A DNA stretch of 64,000 nt from Desulfatiglandales bacterium (GTDB lineage: Bacteria > Desulfobacterota > DSM-4660 > Desulfatiglandales > Desulfatiglandaceae): contig OY762721.1 of the NCBI GenBank assembly GCA_963666345.1, positions 3,520,001-3,584,000 on the forward strand, read 5' to 3'. The position numbers and the translations under genes are program-made. The notes under the pieces are model-generated. The model had not been told where the DNA came from, did not search any database, and saw only the letters and a program-made list of their open reading frames with translations. Each line of letters begins with the position of its first letter. Positions within the stretch are counted from its first letter, which is position 1. Below, in pieces: positions 51,791 through 60,881 of the stretch.

Positions 51791-53086
51791 TTGAACAAAA
51801 TGGTTATTATAAAAGAAAAACCGGTTCTGCGGGCCTGGTCGGTGATGGGCGCTAGTGTGGGTATCAACCTTGCCCTCGGCATACTCTATGCGTGGAGCAT
51901 ATTCAAGGAACCGATAGTCCGCTCCATAGAGTCGGGAGACGGAGTATTTAACTGGAGCCCCTCTGCGGTGAATGATCCATATGCGGTAAGCCTCATGGTA
52001 TTTTCTTTTTCCATGGTGCCAGCCGGCTGGATCCAGGACAGGCTGGGGCCCAGGATTACCGCCCTTATGGGAGGCGTTCTGGTGGGAGGCGGGATGCTTG
52101 TCGCCTCTTTGAGTTCATCGTACATTGTCTGGATAATCGGTTTCGGGGTCATGGTGGGGGGTGGTATAGGCTGCGGTTACGCCTGTACCACCCCTGTTAC
52201 CCTGAAGTGGTTTCCCCCTTCCATGACCGGAATGGCCGCAGGGATCGTGGTTGCAGGAGCGGGACTTGCCCCTGTCTATATCGCGCCTCTTGCGCAGTAT
52301 CTGATAAATGAACATGATTTAGGCAAAACAGTTCTTATCTTTGGAGTAATGATAGCTGGCGCAGTCGGCATCCTTTCCTTTTTTCTGCATGACAGAAAAA
52401 TCGAACCCGGGAAAAGCGGGGCCTGCGGCATCCAGGACCATGTTACCGGTGACACGGAGGTTCTTCCTGGCCGGATATTACGGAGCGCAACCTTCCGGCA
52501 GGTCTGGCTTCTGTATTTTGCTGCATCAGGTGCCGGGCTCATGGTCATAGGGTCTCTTGCGGGGATGGCAAAGGCCTCCATGGGTGAAACGGCCTTTGTT
52601 GCTGTTGCCGTGGTTGCAATAGGAAATGCTCTGGGCAGGATTGTGGCTGGATCGGTATCAGACAGATTAGGTCGGGAAAACACCATCCTGGCGGTACTTG
52701 TAGTTCAGGCCTGCCTCATGTTCCTGGCCATCAGGATAGTTGGAGGTGCGGGTACAGGGGCATTTACACTTGTTTTCCTGGCATCCTTTATAGGATTCAA
52801 TTACGGGACCAATTCCGCCCTGTTTCCAGCCCTTGCCAGGGACCTCTGGGGCCTGAAAAACTTTGGCGCAAATTACGGTATGCTTTTCACCGCCTGGGGC
52901 ACCGGTGGGTTCGTAATGTCCAGGATCTCTCAGACGCTTACCGCCGCCACAGGGGGATATGATGCATCCTTCATACTCGCAGGAGTGGTCCTTCTCGCAG
53001 CTGCAGTTCTGGCGGTCGCGTTCAAAAAACGCAGATACCGAATAATGGCTGGTAAATATAAAGGTGCAGAGGAAGGTTATTGCTAA
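51791..53086 (+). CDS. OFA (oxalate/formate antiporter-like) MFS transporter
   Basis: LGILYAWSIF, QDRLGPR, KWFP, NALGR, GANYG. Confidence 0.9.
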   Translation: MNKMVIIKEKPVLRAWSVMGASVGINLALGILYAWSIFKEPIVRSIESGDGVFNWSPSAVNDPYAVSLMVFSFSMVPAGWIQDRLGPRITALMGGVLVGGGMLVASLSSSYIVWIIGFGVMVGGGIGCGYACTTPVTLKWFPPSMTGMAAGIVVAGAGLAPVYIAPLAQYLINEHDLGKTVLIFGVMIAGAVGILSFFLHDRKIEPGKSGACGIQDHVTGDTEVLPGRILRSATFRQVWLLYFAASGAGLMVIGSLAGMAKASMGETAFVAVAVVAIGNALGRIVAGSVSDRLGRENTILAVLVVQACLMFLAIRIVGGAGTGAFTLVFLASFIGFNYGTNSALFPALARDLWGLKNFGANYGMLFTAWGTGGFVMSRISQTLTAATGGYDASFILAGVVLLAAAVLAVAFKKRRYRIMAGKYKGAEEGYC

Positions 53087-53355
53087 AGAATATTATAGAA
53101 AAAAGGGGCAATATGAGGTTTTCTCCAGCTATCAAAAGCTGCGATATCCAAATCTAATTATGAGCGTAGCGACTTCATCTTGTGGTCATTTGATAATGCA
53201 AAACCAAAAGTTGTTGGTGGATATAACAGCTATAGCATATCTTGTCATATGAAAATGATGTCATAAAAAATAAGAAACCCCCATTAAATGAGGGAGTCCC
53301 AGATCCGTGAATATCTGTGATATGATCAGATGACCATAGAAATTGATGTTTTTGC

Positions 53356-53373
53356 GGTACATGGCAAATATCA
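53356..53373 (+). repeat. 18-bp direct repeat, copy 2
   Basis: Identical to 45146-45163. Confidence 0.8.
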
Positions 53374-53611
53374 CAAAATTAGCCTTTCTGGCAGATTTTT
53401 GTTTTTAAAAGACGCATATCTCTAGATCAGCTCATTGCTCACACATATACACTTAAAAATACGGAAAAAGTATTATTGGCATCTCTCAGTTGCTTATGTT
53501 ATTGTTTTTTAAGTATAGATAGTTTTAATGTCAATAAGTTGACTTTAAAGATATCGTGAAAAGCTGGAACCCTATTTCTATATCTGTTCAAAGGCATTCA
53601 AGGAGATTTTA

Positions 53612-54217
53612 ATGTTCAACTATAAGAATCTTATGAATAAATTTGATCCACCTATTTGGATTGGAAACCAATATGAAAATGGGGGAATTTTTGAAAAGCG
53701 CATCATTATAATTGGTGAATCAACATATTGGTCAGGTCAACAACCGAATATTTCAATGGCTACTGATCATTTCGCTGATAAGCCACACTCAGATAAATAC
53801 AGGACGAAATTAGTCAGAATGTTTTTAAATAAAGATAATGAAACGAGAGAGGAAATTGCTGAATTTTGGCATTCAGTATCTTTTTTCAATTATTTTAAAA
53901 CTGTTTTAAGCGGTCCTTATAGATCACCTACTCAAGAAATGTTGAAGCAGCATCAGCCGCTACCTGATATTCTAGATGCTCTTAAACCAAATTTGATTTT
54001 AATAGTAATGCTCCGAATGTGGGATTATTTTGTCTCTAACCCGCCCTGTAAAATAAAAATGGGTCCAATAATAAAAGGAGCAAGGCGTAGTCAAACTTAT
54101 CATTTTGAAAGTAAAAGTGGACTCCATTCAGCATTGGGGTATGCTGTGAAGCATCCAACTTATGCTAGCTGGTCTTTAGAGCATGTCTACACTAAGGAAG
54201 CAATAAAACTTGCGTGA
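53612..54217 (+). CDS. Hypothetical protein, possible uracil-DNA-glycosylase-like fold
   Basis: IIIIGESTY, SFFNY, LKPNLIL and KHPT occur in UDG-like order; AAGGAG RBS. Confidence 0.6.
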   Translation: MFNYKNLMNKFDPPIWIGNQYENGGIFEKRIIIIGESTYWSGQQPNISMATDHFADKPHSDKYRTKLVRMFLNKDNETREEIAEFWHSVSFFNYFKTVLSGPYRSPTQEMLKQHQPLPDILDALKPNLILIVMLRMWDYFVSNPPCKIKMGPIIKGARRSQTYHFESKSGLHSALGYAVKHPTYASWSLEHVYTKEAIKLA

Positions 54218-54259
54218 CAGGAAAAAATGGTCTTAAATCTCGATCAATATTTGCCTTTT

Positions 54260-54706
54260 CTATAGTTTTATTTTGTTAGTGAAATTGAATGCAGCTTGTA
54301 TATCCTGTAATTTCTTATCCCTGATCTTTTGATCCCATATTTCAAACTTTTTAAGCGCACCCATAAGTATAACCTTGTCTTTGTTAATCCCAGTAATCTT
54401 CCTGATTTGATCTGAAATAAATATTTCCCCTGCATCCGAAATGGATTTTTTATCCAAACAAAAGAAAGGCCTTTCGCCAGGAGATAAAGAAACCTTTTGT
54501 GAGAATAATTCTTCGGTTAATTCCCAAAAATAATCTTCAGGCAAAATTGTTAGTGAACCTTTTTCTCCATTCCATAATATACGCACCCCTTCATTTTTTA
54601 ATAAACCGATCCATATATCAGGGAGTAAAATTCTCGAATTCTCTATACTTCTATGGTATAACCCTCTAAAGAAGAGACCGTCTTTATATTTCTTTGAGGT
54701 GGCCAT
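54260..54706 (-). CDS. MraZ-like protein (divergent)
   Basis: FRGLYHRSI..RILLP, second repeat D.GEIFI....R...GI, VILMG...KFEIWD. Confidence 0.7.
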   Translation of the reverse strand: MATSKKYKDGLFFRGLYHRSIENSRILLPDIWIGLLKNEGVRILWNGEKGSLTILPEDYFWELTEELFSQKVSLSPGERPFFCLDKKSISDAGEIFISDQIRKITGINKDKVILMGALKKFEIWDQKIRDKKLQDIQAAFNFTNKIKL

Positions 54707-54743
54707 ACCGCCTTCCTTTCTATTTCCCTCAGTCTTTAAGCTA

Positions 54744-55388
54744 TTAATCAAATTTGGGTTTACTGTCTATGGAATGCTTCTCAGATTCAAAAACTACCAG
54801 CTCTTTTTCTGAGGTGATTATAAGGGTAAAGCCATGAGGGCTTTTATAGAACCAAGCCCAGCTATCCCAATCCCAATCAAGCGTTGGAATTTTATAAGCA
54901 TCTATAAAGGCTTCAGCAAAATCTTTAGGGGTTAGCTCATATACGTTAAACATCTTATCCACGCACATACTGCTAAACTGGAATTTATAGACCTTGCCGC
55001 TTTCTCTGTGAGCATATATCCCGAATGCGTCCCTATATTCCTCTGGCCTGAAACAATAATGCTGGCCAGTAGGAAGCTGCATCAACTCCCAATGGTATCC
55101 TGTGATTCTTTTAATTGTAGCCTTGGCGTCATTTATCGGCATCCCAAGGTAAAGACCTTTGAATTTGAGCGTTCGGGATTCAGTTTTTAGATTTTCAAAG
55201 GATTCCTTTTCAATTCCTACTATGTATCGAAACTGATCTGAGCCTTCGACAATATACGATCCGATTTTTCGCTGTTCATTTTCCGCACTGACAAAACCCG
55301 GGAGACAGGCGGTGAGCCCGAATATTGATGATATACCGAGGAATTGACGGCGTGTTATATTTAATTTTTTTGGCATTTTCAGTTTCAA
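54744..55388 (-). CDS. Hypothetical Tat-signal protein
   Basis: TRRQFL twin-arginine motif, hydrophobic h-region, VSA cleavage site; probable start ATG 55376. Confidence 0.65.
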   Translation of the reverse strand: MKLKMPKKLNITRRQFLGISSIFGLTACLPGFVSAENEQRKIGSYIVEGSDQFRYIVGIEKESFENLKTESRTLKFKGLYLGMPINDAKATIKRITGYHWELMQLPTGQHYCFRPEEYRDAFGIYAHRESGKVYKFQFSSMCVDKMFNVYELTPKDFAEAFIDAYKIPTLDWDWDSWAWFYKSPHGFTLIITSEKELVVFESEKHSIDSKPKFD

Positions 55389-55445
55389 GATTGTGAGAAG
55401 GGATATTATCCTTCAGATTATGATAAGCTGTTAACCTCTGACGGA

Positions 55446-57731
55446 TTATCTATAAGAGTTTCCATTTGCTCCAAACAATACAGGGATATGTTTTTTGTTT
55501 TTATATCTTCCTATAACTTTAAATAAATGATCATTGATAATGGACTTCCCATCACCGTTCAAAGAGGACTCTCTTTTGAACTGATTTGCTATAAGATCTA
55601 TTTCATTTAGATGCAGTGGATGATGCTCCACAACCTGAATAAATTTATCTTCAATATCTTTTCGGGCGTTAAAGTGTTTTGCCCATTGTCTTATTTGAAA
55701 TTCTTCGGGAGGGAGATGAATATTTAGAAAATAGTTGAACTCAATGGGTATTTCTTCCTCTCTGACAGGATTTGTAATTAAAAAAAGGATACCTTTAAAC
55801 CTCTCTAAATAATTATAAAAATCAAAAGATTCTTTTTCCTTATCATTATCTTCTTTATACTTGAGGTATCGTTCAAAAATTGACTTATCATCTACAAGGA
55901 GGGTCACTGAGCTGTGACCTATAAAGGTCCTGAATATGTATTCCAATGGATCAATCTCATCCTGTGTTAAGTTATCTTTTACTATCCTCGAAGAGCTTTT
56001 ACCAATAAGCATATCGGGCAGGTTGAACATTCTTACCTTTAAATTACATTCTTTAGCTACTGCCGCGGCACAATCAGTTCCTGTCTGAATATCGGAACAA
56101 CCCATTATGAGTTTTATATCCGTGTTGTTACTAGAATCTTTCATTATAGCTTTTATCAAATTGCTTATAACTTCTTTATCTCTGTGCCTTAAAAAGAGAT
56201 CTTTCATATTAATCTGAGGCGTGAAAATTTTCTCCGATAAATTGAACTCAAGCATCCTGCACGTTTGATGTTCTGCGGCTCTTTCGAGTTCTTCAGACGT
56301 CAATATCAGATTTGAATTTTTGTTTTTTACCAGCGTATTAGTTGTTGCCATGAAAAGAGTATTTTTGATCAGACCTCCTGTGAAAACATAATTTCTTGCA
56401 AATTTGCTAAGGTCTACATCTTTGCCAAATAAAGCATTGGGAGGAAGCAATGCTTCCCATATTTTCAGCCTTTCACGTTCGTCCGGCAGTTGGAAAGGGA
56501 TTTTTAAATTTATACGCCGGTCAAGAGCAGGATCAAGTTTAATAACTTTATTGGTTGCAAATATGGTAATGCACCCTGCCTTCTCAATTTCGATAAGCAG
56601 GTTTCGACTCTCTTCTGTGTTTTTACTGAAAACATCATCGCACTCATCAAAAAAGACAATTCCATTACATAACTTTGCCTCTTTGAAAATAGTATTTATC
56701 AACTCATTATTTGAAATTCTGAATTGAAAATCCTTGGAAAAATTTACAGATAGGAGCTCCATGTCCAGCTCGTTTGATAAGGCGTGTGCCAGCATGGTTT
56801 TACCCGTACCTGATGGACCATAAAACAATAATGTCAATCCAGTACCATATCCGTAGAATTTTTCGACAATAGTTCTTTCCTCTATTACCTGACTATGTAG
56901 ATAGTTCCTGGTCAGTTCTACAATTTCTCTTTTTACTCCCCCGGAAATAATTACCTGATCCAGTCCGATGCTTCCCTTTTTCCTGGAAATACATTGAAGG
57001 TCTGTATCATAAATATTGTTATCCTCAAGAATGAACCTGATAGCGCGCTCATGTAAATGAACCGGCATATCTAGAATATTTGTTGTATTAACGTAAAAAG
57101 AACCGGGAATAACAATCTCGTTTTTTATCAGAGGAGCTTTAATGTTAAAATATTTTCTGCTGGATATTTGATCCCGATATTCTGAATGAACAATTGATAA
57201 GATTGATCCAATAGTCATAGCGCTATCGGTTCGATCTTCAGGATCAAGTTCACAGCACCTGAAAAGGTTACGAAAGCTCTTTGATGTCTCATATGAAATC
57301 AATAGTATTAAAATAATACGTTCCGTATCATCAAGCTCATTAAGCTTACAGAAATGTTCAAAATTAAGATGTATTCCTGCCTCAAGAGAATTCCGTACCC
57401 GTTGATTTATATCCATCTCAATTTTTCTGAGCAACATCTCCAACTTTTCAGGAGTTATCTCATCAGGCGACAAACCTGAAGAATTAAAATTCAATTCCTG
57501 AGTAAAACCGCTAATTTTTTTATGTTTAAGAATTAATACGTCGTTATTTTCCTGATTGGAGGAAGCATCACGAAGGAATGCTTTAACAACTCTAACCCTT
57601 GCGGAATACTCCAGCGCTTCAAGGTGTTCAATACTATCTTTAAAGATACTTTCCTTCTTGGGATTATTGATTGCCATATAAACTGAGAAATCATTTCCTG
57701 ATAATGTCCTTTCAATTGTATTAAGGCCCAT
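55446..57731 (-). CDS. Large AAA+ ATPase (helical N-domain, active AAA, degenerate second AAA)
   Basis: GPSGTGKT, VFFDECD, ATN, DPALDRR, FTGGLIKN; the second module lacks the Walker A lysine. Confidence 0.9.
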   Translation of the reverse strand: MGLNTIERTLSGNDFSVYMAINNPKKESIFKDSIEHLEALEYSARVRVVKAFLRDASSNQENNDVLILKHKKISGFTQELNFNSSGLSPDEITPEKLEMLLRKIEMDINQRVRNSLEAGIHLNFEHFCKLNELDDTERIILILLISYETSKSFRNLFRCCELDPEDRTDSAMTIGSILSIVHSEYRDQISSRKYFNIKAPLIKNEIVIPGSFYVNTTNILDMPVHLHERAIRFILEDNNIYDTDLQCISRKKGSIGLDQVIISGGVKREIVELTRNYLHSQVIEERTIVEKFYGYGTGLTLLFYGPSGTGKTMLAHALSNELDMELLSVNFSKDFQFRISNNELINTIFKEAKLCNGIVFFDECDDVFSKNTEESRNLLIEIEKAGCITIFATNKVIKLDPALDRRINLKIPFQLPDERERLKIWEALLPPNALFGKDVDLSKFARNYVFTGGLIKNTLFMATTNTLVKNKNSNLILTSEELERAAEHQTCRMLEFNLSEKIFTPQINMKDLFLRHRDKEVISNLIKAIMKDSSNNTDIKLIMGCSDIQTGTDCAAAVAKECNLKVRMFNLPDMLIGKSSSRIVKDNLTQDEIDPLEYIFRTFIGHSSVTLLVDDKSIFERYLKYKEDNDKEKESFDFYNYLERFKGILFLITNPVREEEIPIEFNYFLNIHLPPEEFQIRQWAKHFNARKDIEDKFIQVVEHHPLHLNEIDLIANQFKRESSLNGDGKSIINDHLFKVIGRYKNKKHIPVLFGANGNSYR

Positions 57732-57743
57732 TTTATTAACTCC

Positions 57744-58313
57744 TTATTTTTTCAAATCAGGTTTTAAGGGTTCAACGATATCAACAATACCAAATTCTAA
57801 CGCTTCTTCCGGAGTAAGCCATGTGTCAACATCCCGCAGAAGATACTGCTCAAGCTTCTCCTGGGACTCTAGATTGCTGTACTTCAAGTAATGGCTAACA
57901 ATTCTTGAATGCTCGAGATCCTGTTCTTTGCGTTCAGCAATTAATTGACTGTGATTTCCCCAGGTGATTGCTGAATATCTGTGTGAAAGCATAGAAGTCC
58001 TGGGAGTAATTACCCTTCGACCCTTTGCTCCTGTCATAAATATAAGGAGGCTCATCGACGCTATCAGTCCAACTCCGGTTGTGTAGATTGGCAGGCGTGA
58101 CCACTCCATTATGTCTATTATCGCAAAGCCATCAGGGCACAAGCCCCCGGGTGAGTTGATAATCATCTGTATGTGATCAGTGCTGCCAGATAGATTATAT
58201 TCGATTATGTCTTTACACACATTTTCCGAAACCCCATTACTGATAGTGCCGGATAAAAAAATAATTCCGTATTCTTTTAAACCCTTGCCTTCAGGTTGGC
58301 CATTTTTATCCAT
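57744..58313 (-). CDS. ClpP-like (S14) serine protease
   Basis: INSPGG, IASMS (Ser), MLSH (His), DTWLTPEEALEFGIVD (Asp). Confidence 0.92.
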   Translation of the reverse strand: MDKNGQPEGKGLKEYGIIFLSGTISNGVSENVCKDIIEYNLSGSTDHIQMIINSPGGLCPDGFAIIDIMEWSRLPIYTTGVGLIASMSLLIFMTGAKGRRVITPRTSMLSHRYSAITWGNHSQLIAERKEQDLEHSRIVSHYLKYSNLESQEKLEQYLLRDVDTWLTPEEALEFGIVDIVEPLKPDLKK

Positions 58314-58387
58314 ATCTTTTTCTCCTTAAGTTCCTTTAATTGTAACTAGCTATAATTATTTGACCCTTTTTTTTATTATTGTTAACA

Positions 58388-58424
58388 TCACATTACTCCA
58401 CGAATGTGACATTTTTGGCCATAT
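58388..58424. promoter_or_regulatory. Candidate WYL-regulator operator(s) in the divergent intergenic region
   Basis: TCACATT-N8-AATGTGA inverted repeat (58388-58409) overlapping an imperfect TGTGACA-N5-GGCCATA. Confidence 0.45.
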
Positions 58425-58448
58425 GAACTAAAAATTTTCTGGAAAAAA

Positions 58449-59447
58449 ATGAGAGGGAAAAATTTAATAAAACTCCTGAGGGCTCTCGAGCTTTTTTCAA
58501 AACCTGAGGGAACTACTATTGAAGAGATATCCGAGCACCTAGGAATAGATCGGAGGTCTGTCTACAGGGTGATAAATTTGGTTGAGGAGCTCGGATTCCC
58601 TATATATGACGAGGAAATACCATTAGAGAAGAGTAAAAGATGGAAGCTTGAGGAAAGCTATCTAAAAAAATTGCCCAATATGAAACTTCCGGATGTCAAA
58701 CTATCGATATCCGAGATAATGTCGCTATATTTATTGAAGAGTGAATCCGTTCTTTATAAAGGTACTGAAATATATAAACATATCAACTCAGCCTTTGAGA
58801 AAATCAGTCTTTTTGCCCCCAAGGACCTGTTTACACAACTAAAAAAAATCAGCGCCTTATTTGTCCCGTCATCAAAGTTTAGAAAAGACTATGCAGGAAA
58901 AGAAAAAATCATAGAGCAGCTTATGGACGCGATGCTCCAGAAAAAGACCTGCTATGTGAAATACCATTCCTTTTATGAGGACAGGATAAAGAATTTTAAA
59001 ATTGATCCATTGCATTTCTTCGAGAATGACGGTGGATTATATATTTTTGTTAATGCTACAAGTTTTGGCGATATTCTCACGCTCGCTGTTGAGAGGATCC
59101 AAGAGATAAGGGACGCTGGATCATGCTTTGAATACCCTAAAAACTTTAATCCGGAAGAGTTGCTGGAATCTGCCTTTGATTTAGTTTACGGAGATCCGGT
59201 CGAGGTCAAAATCTGGTTCTCCGCCCACCAGGCACGTTATATAAAAGAACGTATGTGGTCAAAGACCCAACAAATAGAAAACCAGGAAGACGGTTCAATT
59301 ATCTTATCGATGAAAACTTCAGGTCAATGGGATATTATCAGGTGGGTCCTTTCCTATGGTAGTGATGCTAAAGTGATGGAGCCTGAAGGGTTGAAAAAAA
59401 AGATTATGGTGGAATTAACAGCAGTTGTTAATAAGTATAATGAATAA
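58449..59447 (+). CDS. wHTH-WYL-WCX transcriptional regulator
   Basis: HTH (LGIDRRSVYR), WYL-like core IDPLHF..GGLYI..LAVERI, WCX IRWVLSYGSDAKVMEP. Confidence 0.93.
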   Translation: MRGKNLIKLLRALELFSKPEGTTIEEISEHLGIDRRSVYRVINLVEELGFPIYDEEIPLEKSKRWKLEESYLKKLPNMKLPDVKLSISEIMSLYLLKSESVLYKGTEIYKHINSAFEKISLFAPKDLFTQLKKISALFVPSSKFRKDYAGKEKIIEQLMDAMLQKKTCYVKYHSFYEDRIKNFKIDPLHFFENDGGLYIFVNATSFGDILTLAVERIQEIRDAGSCFEYPKNFNPEELLESAFDLVYGDPVEVKIWFSAHQARYIKERMWSKTQQIENQEDGSIILSMKTSGQWDIIRWVLSYGSDAKVMEPEGLKKKIMVELTAVVNKYNE

Positions 59448-59663
59448 AAGAATTAAAGTTGTGATATGATCAGAATATCTGTGATCTTTGATGATGAAAA
59501 TATTCTGGTGTTTTTTGGTGAGATCACAGCAATTGCGATCCGTGTGATATGAAAGTGGTATCTTTCCTAGCTGGAGATTGAACCAAAACAAATAAATACA
59601 GTCCTTGCCTAAACCGCCTACCATTTTATATCATCCCTAGAAACAAAGCATGACAGGAGTCTT

Positions 59664-59954
59664 ATGCCAATGAGTCTAACCAAAGCTCAAATCGTTGAAG
59701 GGATACACCAAGGGACGGGTTTAACAAGAAAACAAGCGGGTGATGCCTTAGAAGACATCCTTGATATCATTAAGAACAGGCTTGAAACCGGGGAAAGTGT
59801 CTTGATTTCAGGTTTTGGTAGGTTTGCAGTCAAGGAAAAGCGCCCTAGGCGAGGTAGAAACCCTGCCACAGGCAAGTCCATAATGCTTGATGGTAGAAAA
59901 GTCGTCAGTTTTAAGTGCTCTGGTGTCCTAAAAGACAGGCTAAATAAGTCATAA
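59664..59954 (+). CDS. ihfA: Integration host factor alpha-like protein
   Basis: LTKA.IV, ISGFG.F.V..K..R.GRNPATG, VVSFK.S. Confidence 0.88.
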   Translation: MPMSLTKAQIVEGIHQGTGLTRKQAGDALEDILDIIKNRLETGESVLISGFGRFAVKEKRPRRGRNPATGKSIMLDGRKVVSFKCSGVLKDRLNKS

Positions 59955-60561
59955 GTCACTCAATTACGAGGTATTGGACTTCTATACCGTATAAATCACT
60001 CGATTTTCACTTCCCTCAAGTCCTTTAAACATAGTTGTAAGATCAAAAATATGCGATTGAGGTCTTAAAATACCAGTTTGCGTTTAAAATATTGATGTTT
60101 CACGCTCCTTTTTAACCGTTTCTCACTCAAAACCACCTTTTTCAACAACAAAACACCCTTCTGTAAGAAAACTTCAAACCATTAACATAAGAGGCCTGGA
60201 CCTGCTTCATAAATTACTGTTTTTTGTACTTGATAAGTCATCTTGTAATGTCAACTGATCAATTTTTGCCAACAACTCATGGATAAACCGATTGAAGCAG
60301 GTAGTTCAAGAAATATCAATACAGTTTATTATTGATTATGTCAGTTTAAATTGTTTTATTTTGAAGTGATCAATGGATGATTTGAGGGCATGAACCTGGC
60401 TTCTCAATGCTTTTAATTAAGTCAGATAAATATCATCAAAGACTGCAGGAAACTCTCAGAGAGGATAATATCGTAGAGCCAACAGTCATCAAATATCAAA
60501 GCTTATGGAATTCGGAAAAACCGCTCCCTCAAAACCAAATTAAAAAAAGAAAAAAACTTGA

Positions 60562-60661
60562 GTGACAGTATGACAGCAAATTTCAAACATTATTTTTTAT
60601 AGTTAATATAATTACTTAATTAAATTAACAAATATAAAAATTTTTACCGTCATACCGTCAC
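60562..60661. repeat. Inverted repeat pair around an AT-rich core (ori-like)
   Basis: GTGACAGTATGACAGCAA versus reverse complement GTGACGGTATGACGGTAA, about 62 bp AT-rich spacer. Confidence 0.6.
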
Positions 60662-60881
60662 AAGAAATTAGTCTGAAACAACCTTACTTTTGAGTTTTAT
60701 CAGACGCTTTTTTGAAGTCCTGTTATAGACTACTTCTACACTGTTTTTTTCTAAGACATGGACTGCTTGTGAATCGGCATGCAAAAATGACCCACCTATA
60801 GGGCGAATCGGCGTCCAAAATTGACCCACCCCTGAAAGCCTTCTATTCTGCTGTGACTATGGTAGAAGGAGGCGGAAAGGG

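Noticed and set aside
55446..57731. Extracellular contractile injection system locus
   Set aside because: The ATPase resembles the family, but no sheath, tube or baseplate genes are present
57744..58313. Housekeeping clpP or phage prohead protease
   Set aside because: No tig, clpX, portal, capsid or terminase neighbours; the context is an AT-rich island
59960..60540. Degraded gene on the minus strand
   Set aside because: Many stops and no recognisable family by eye
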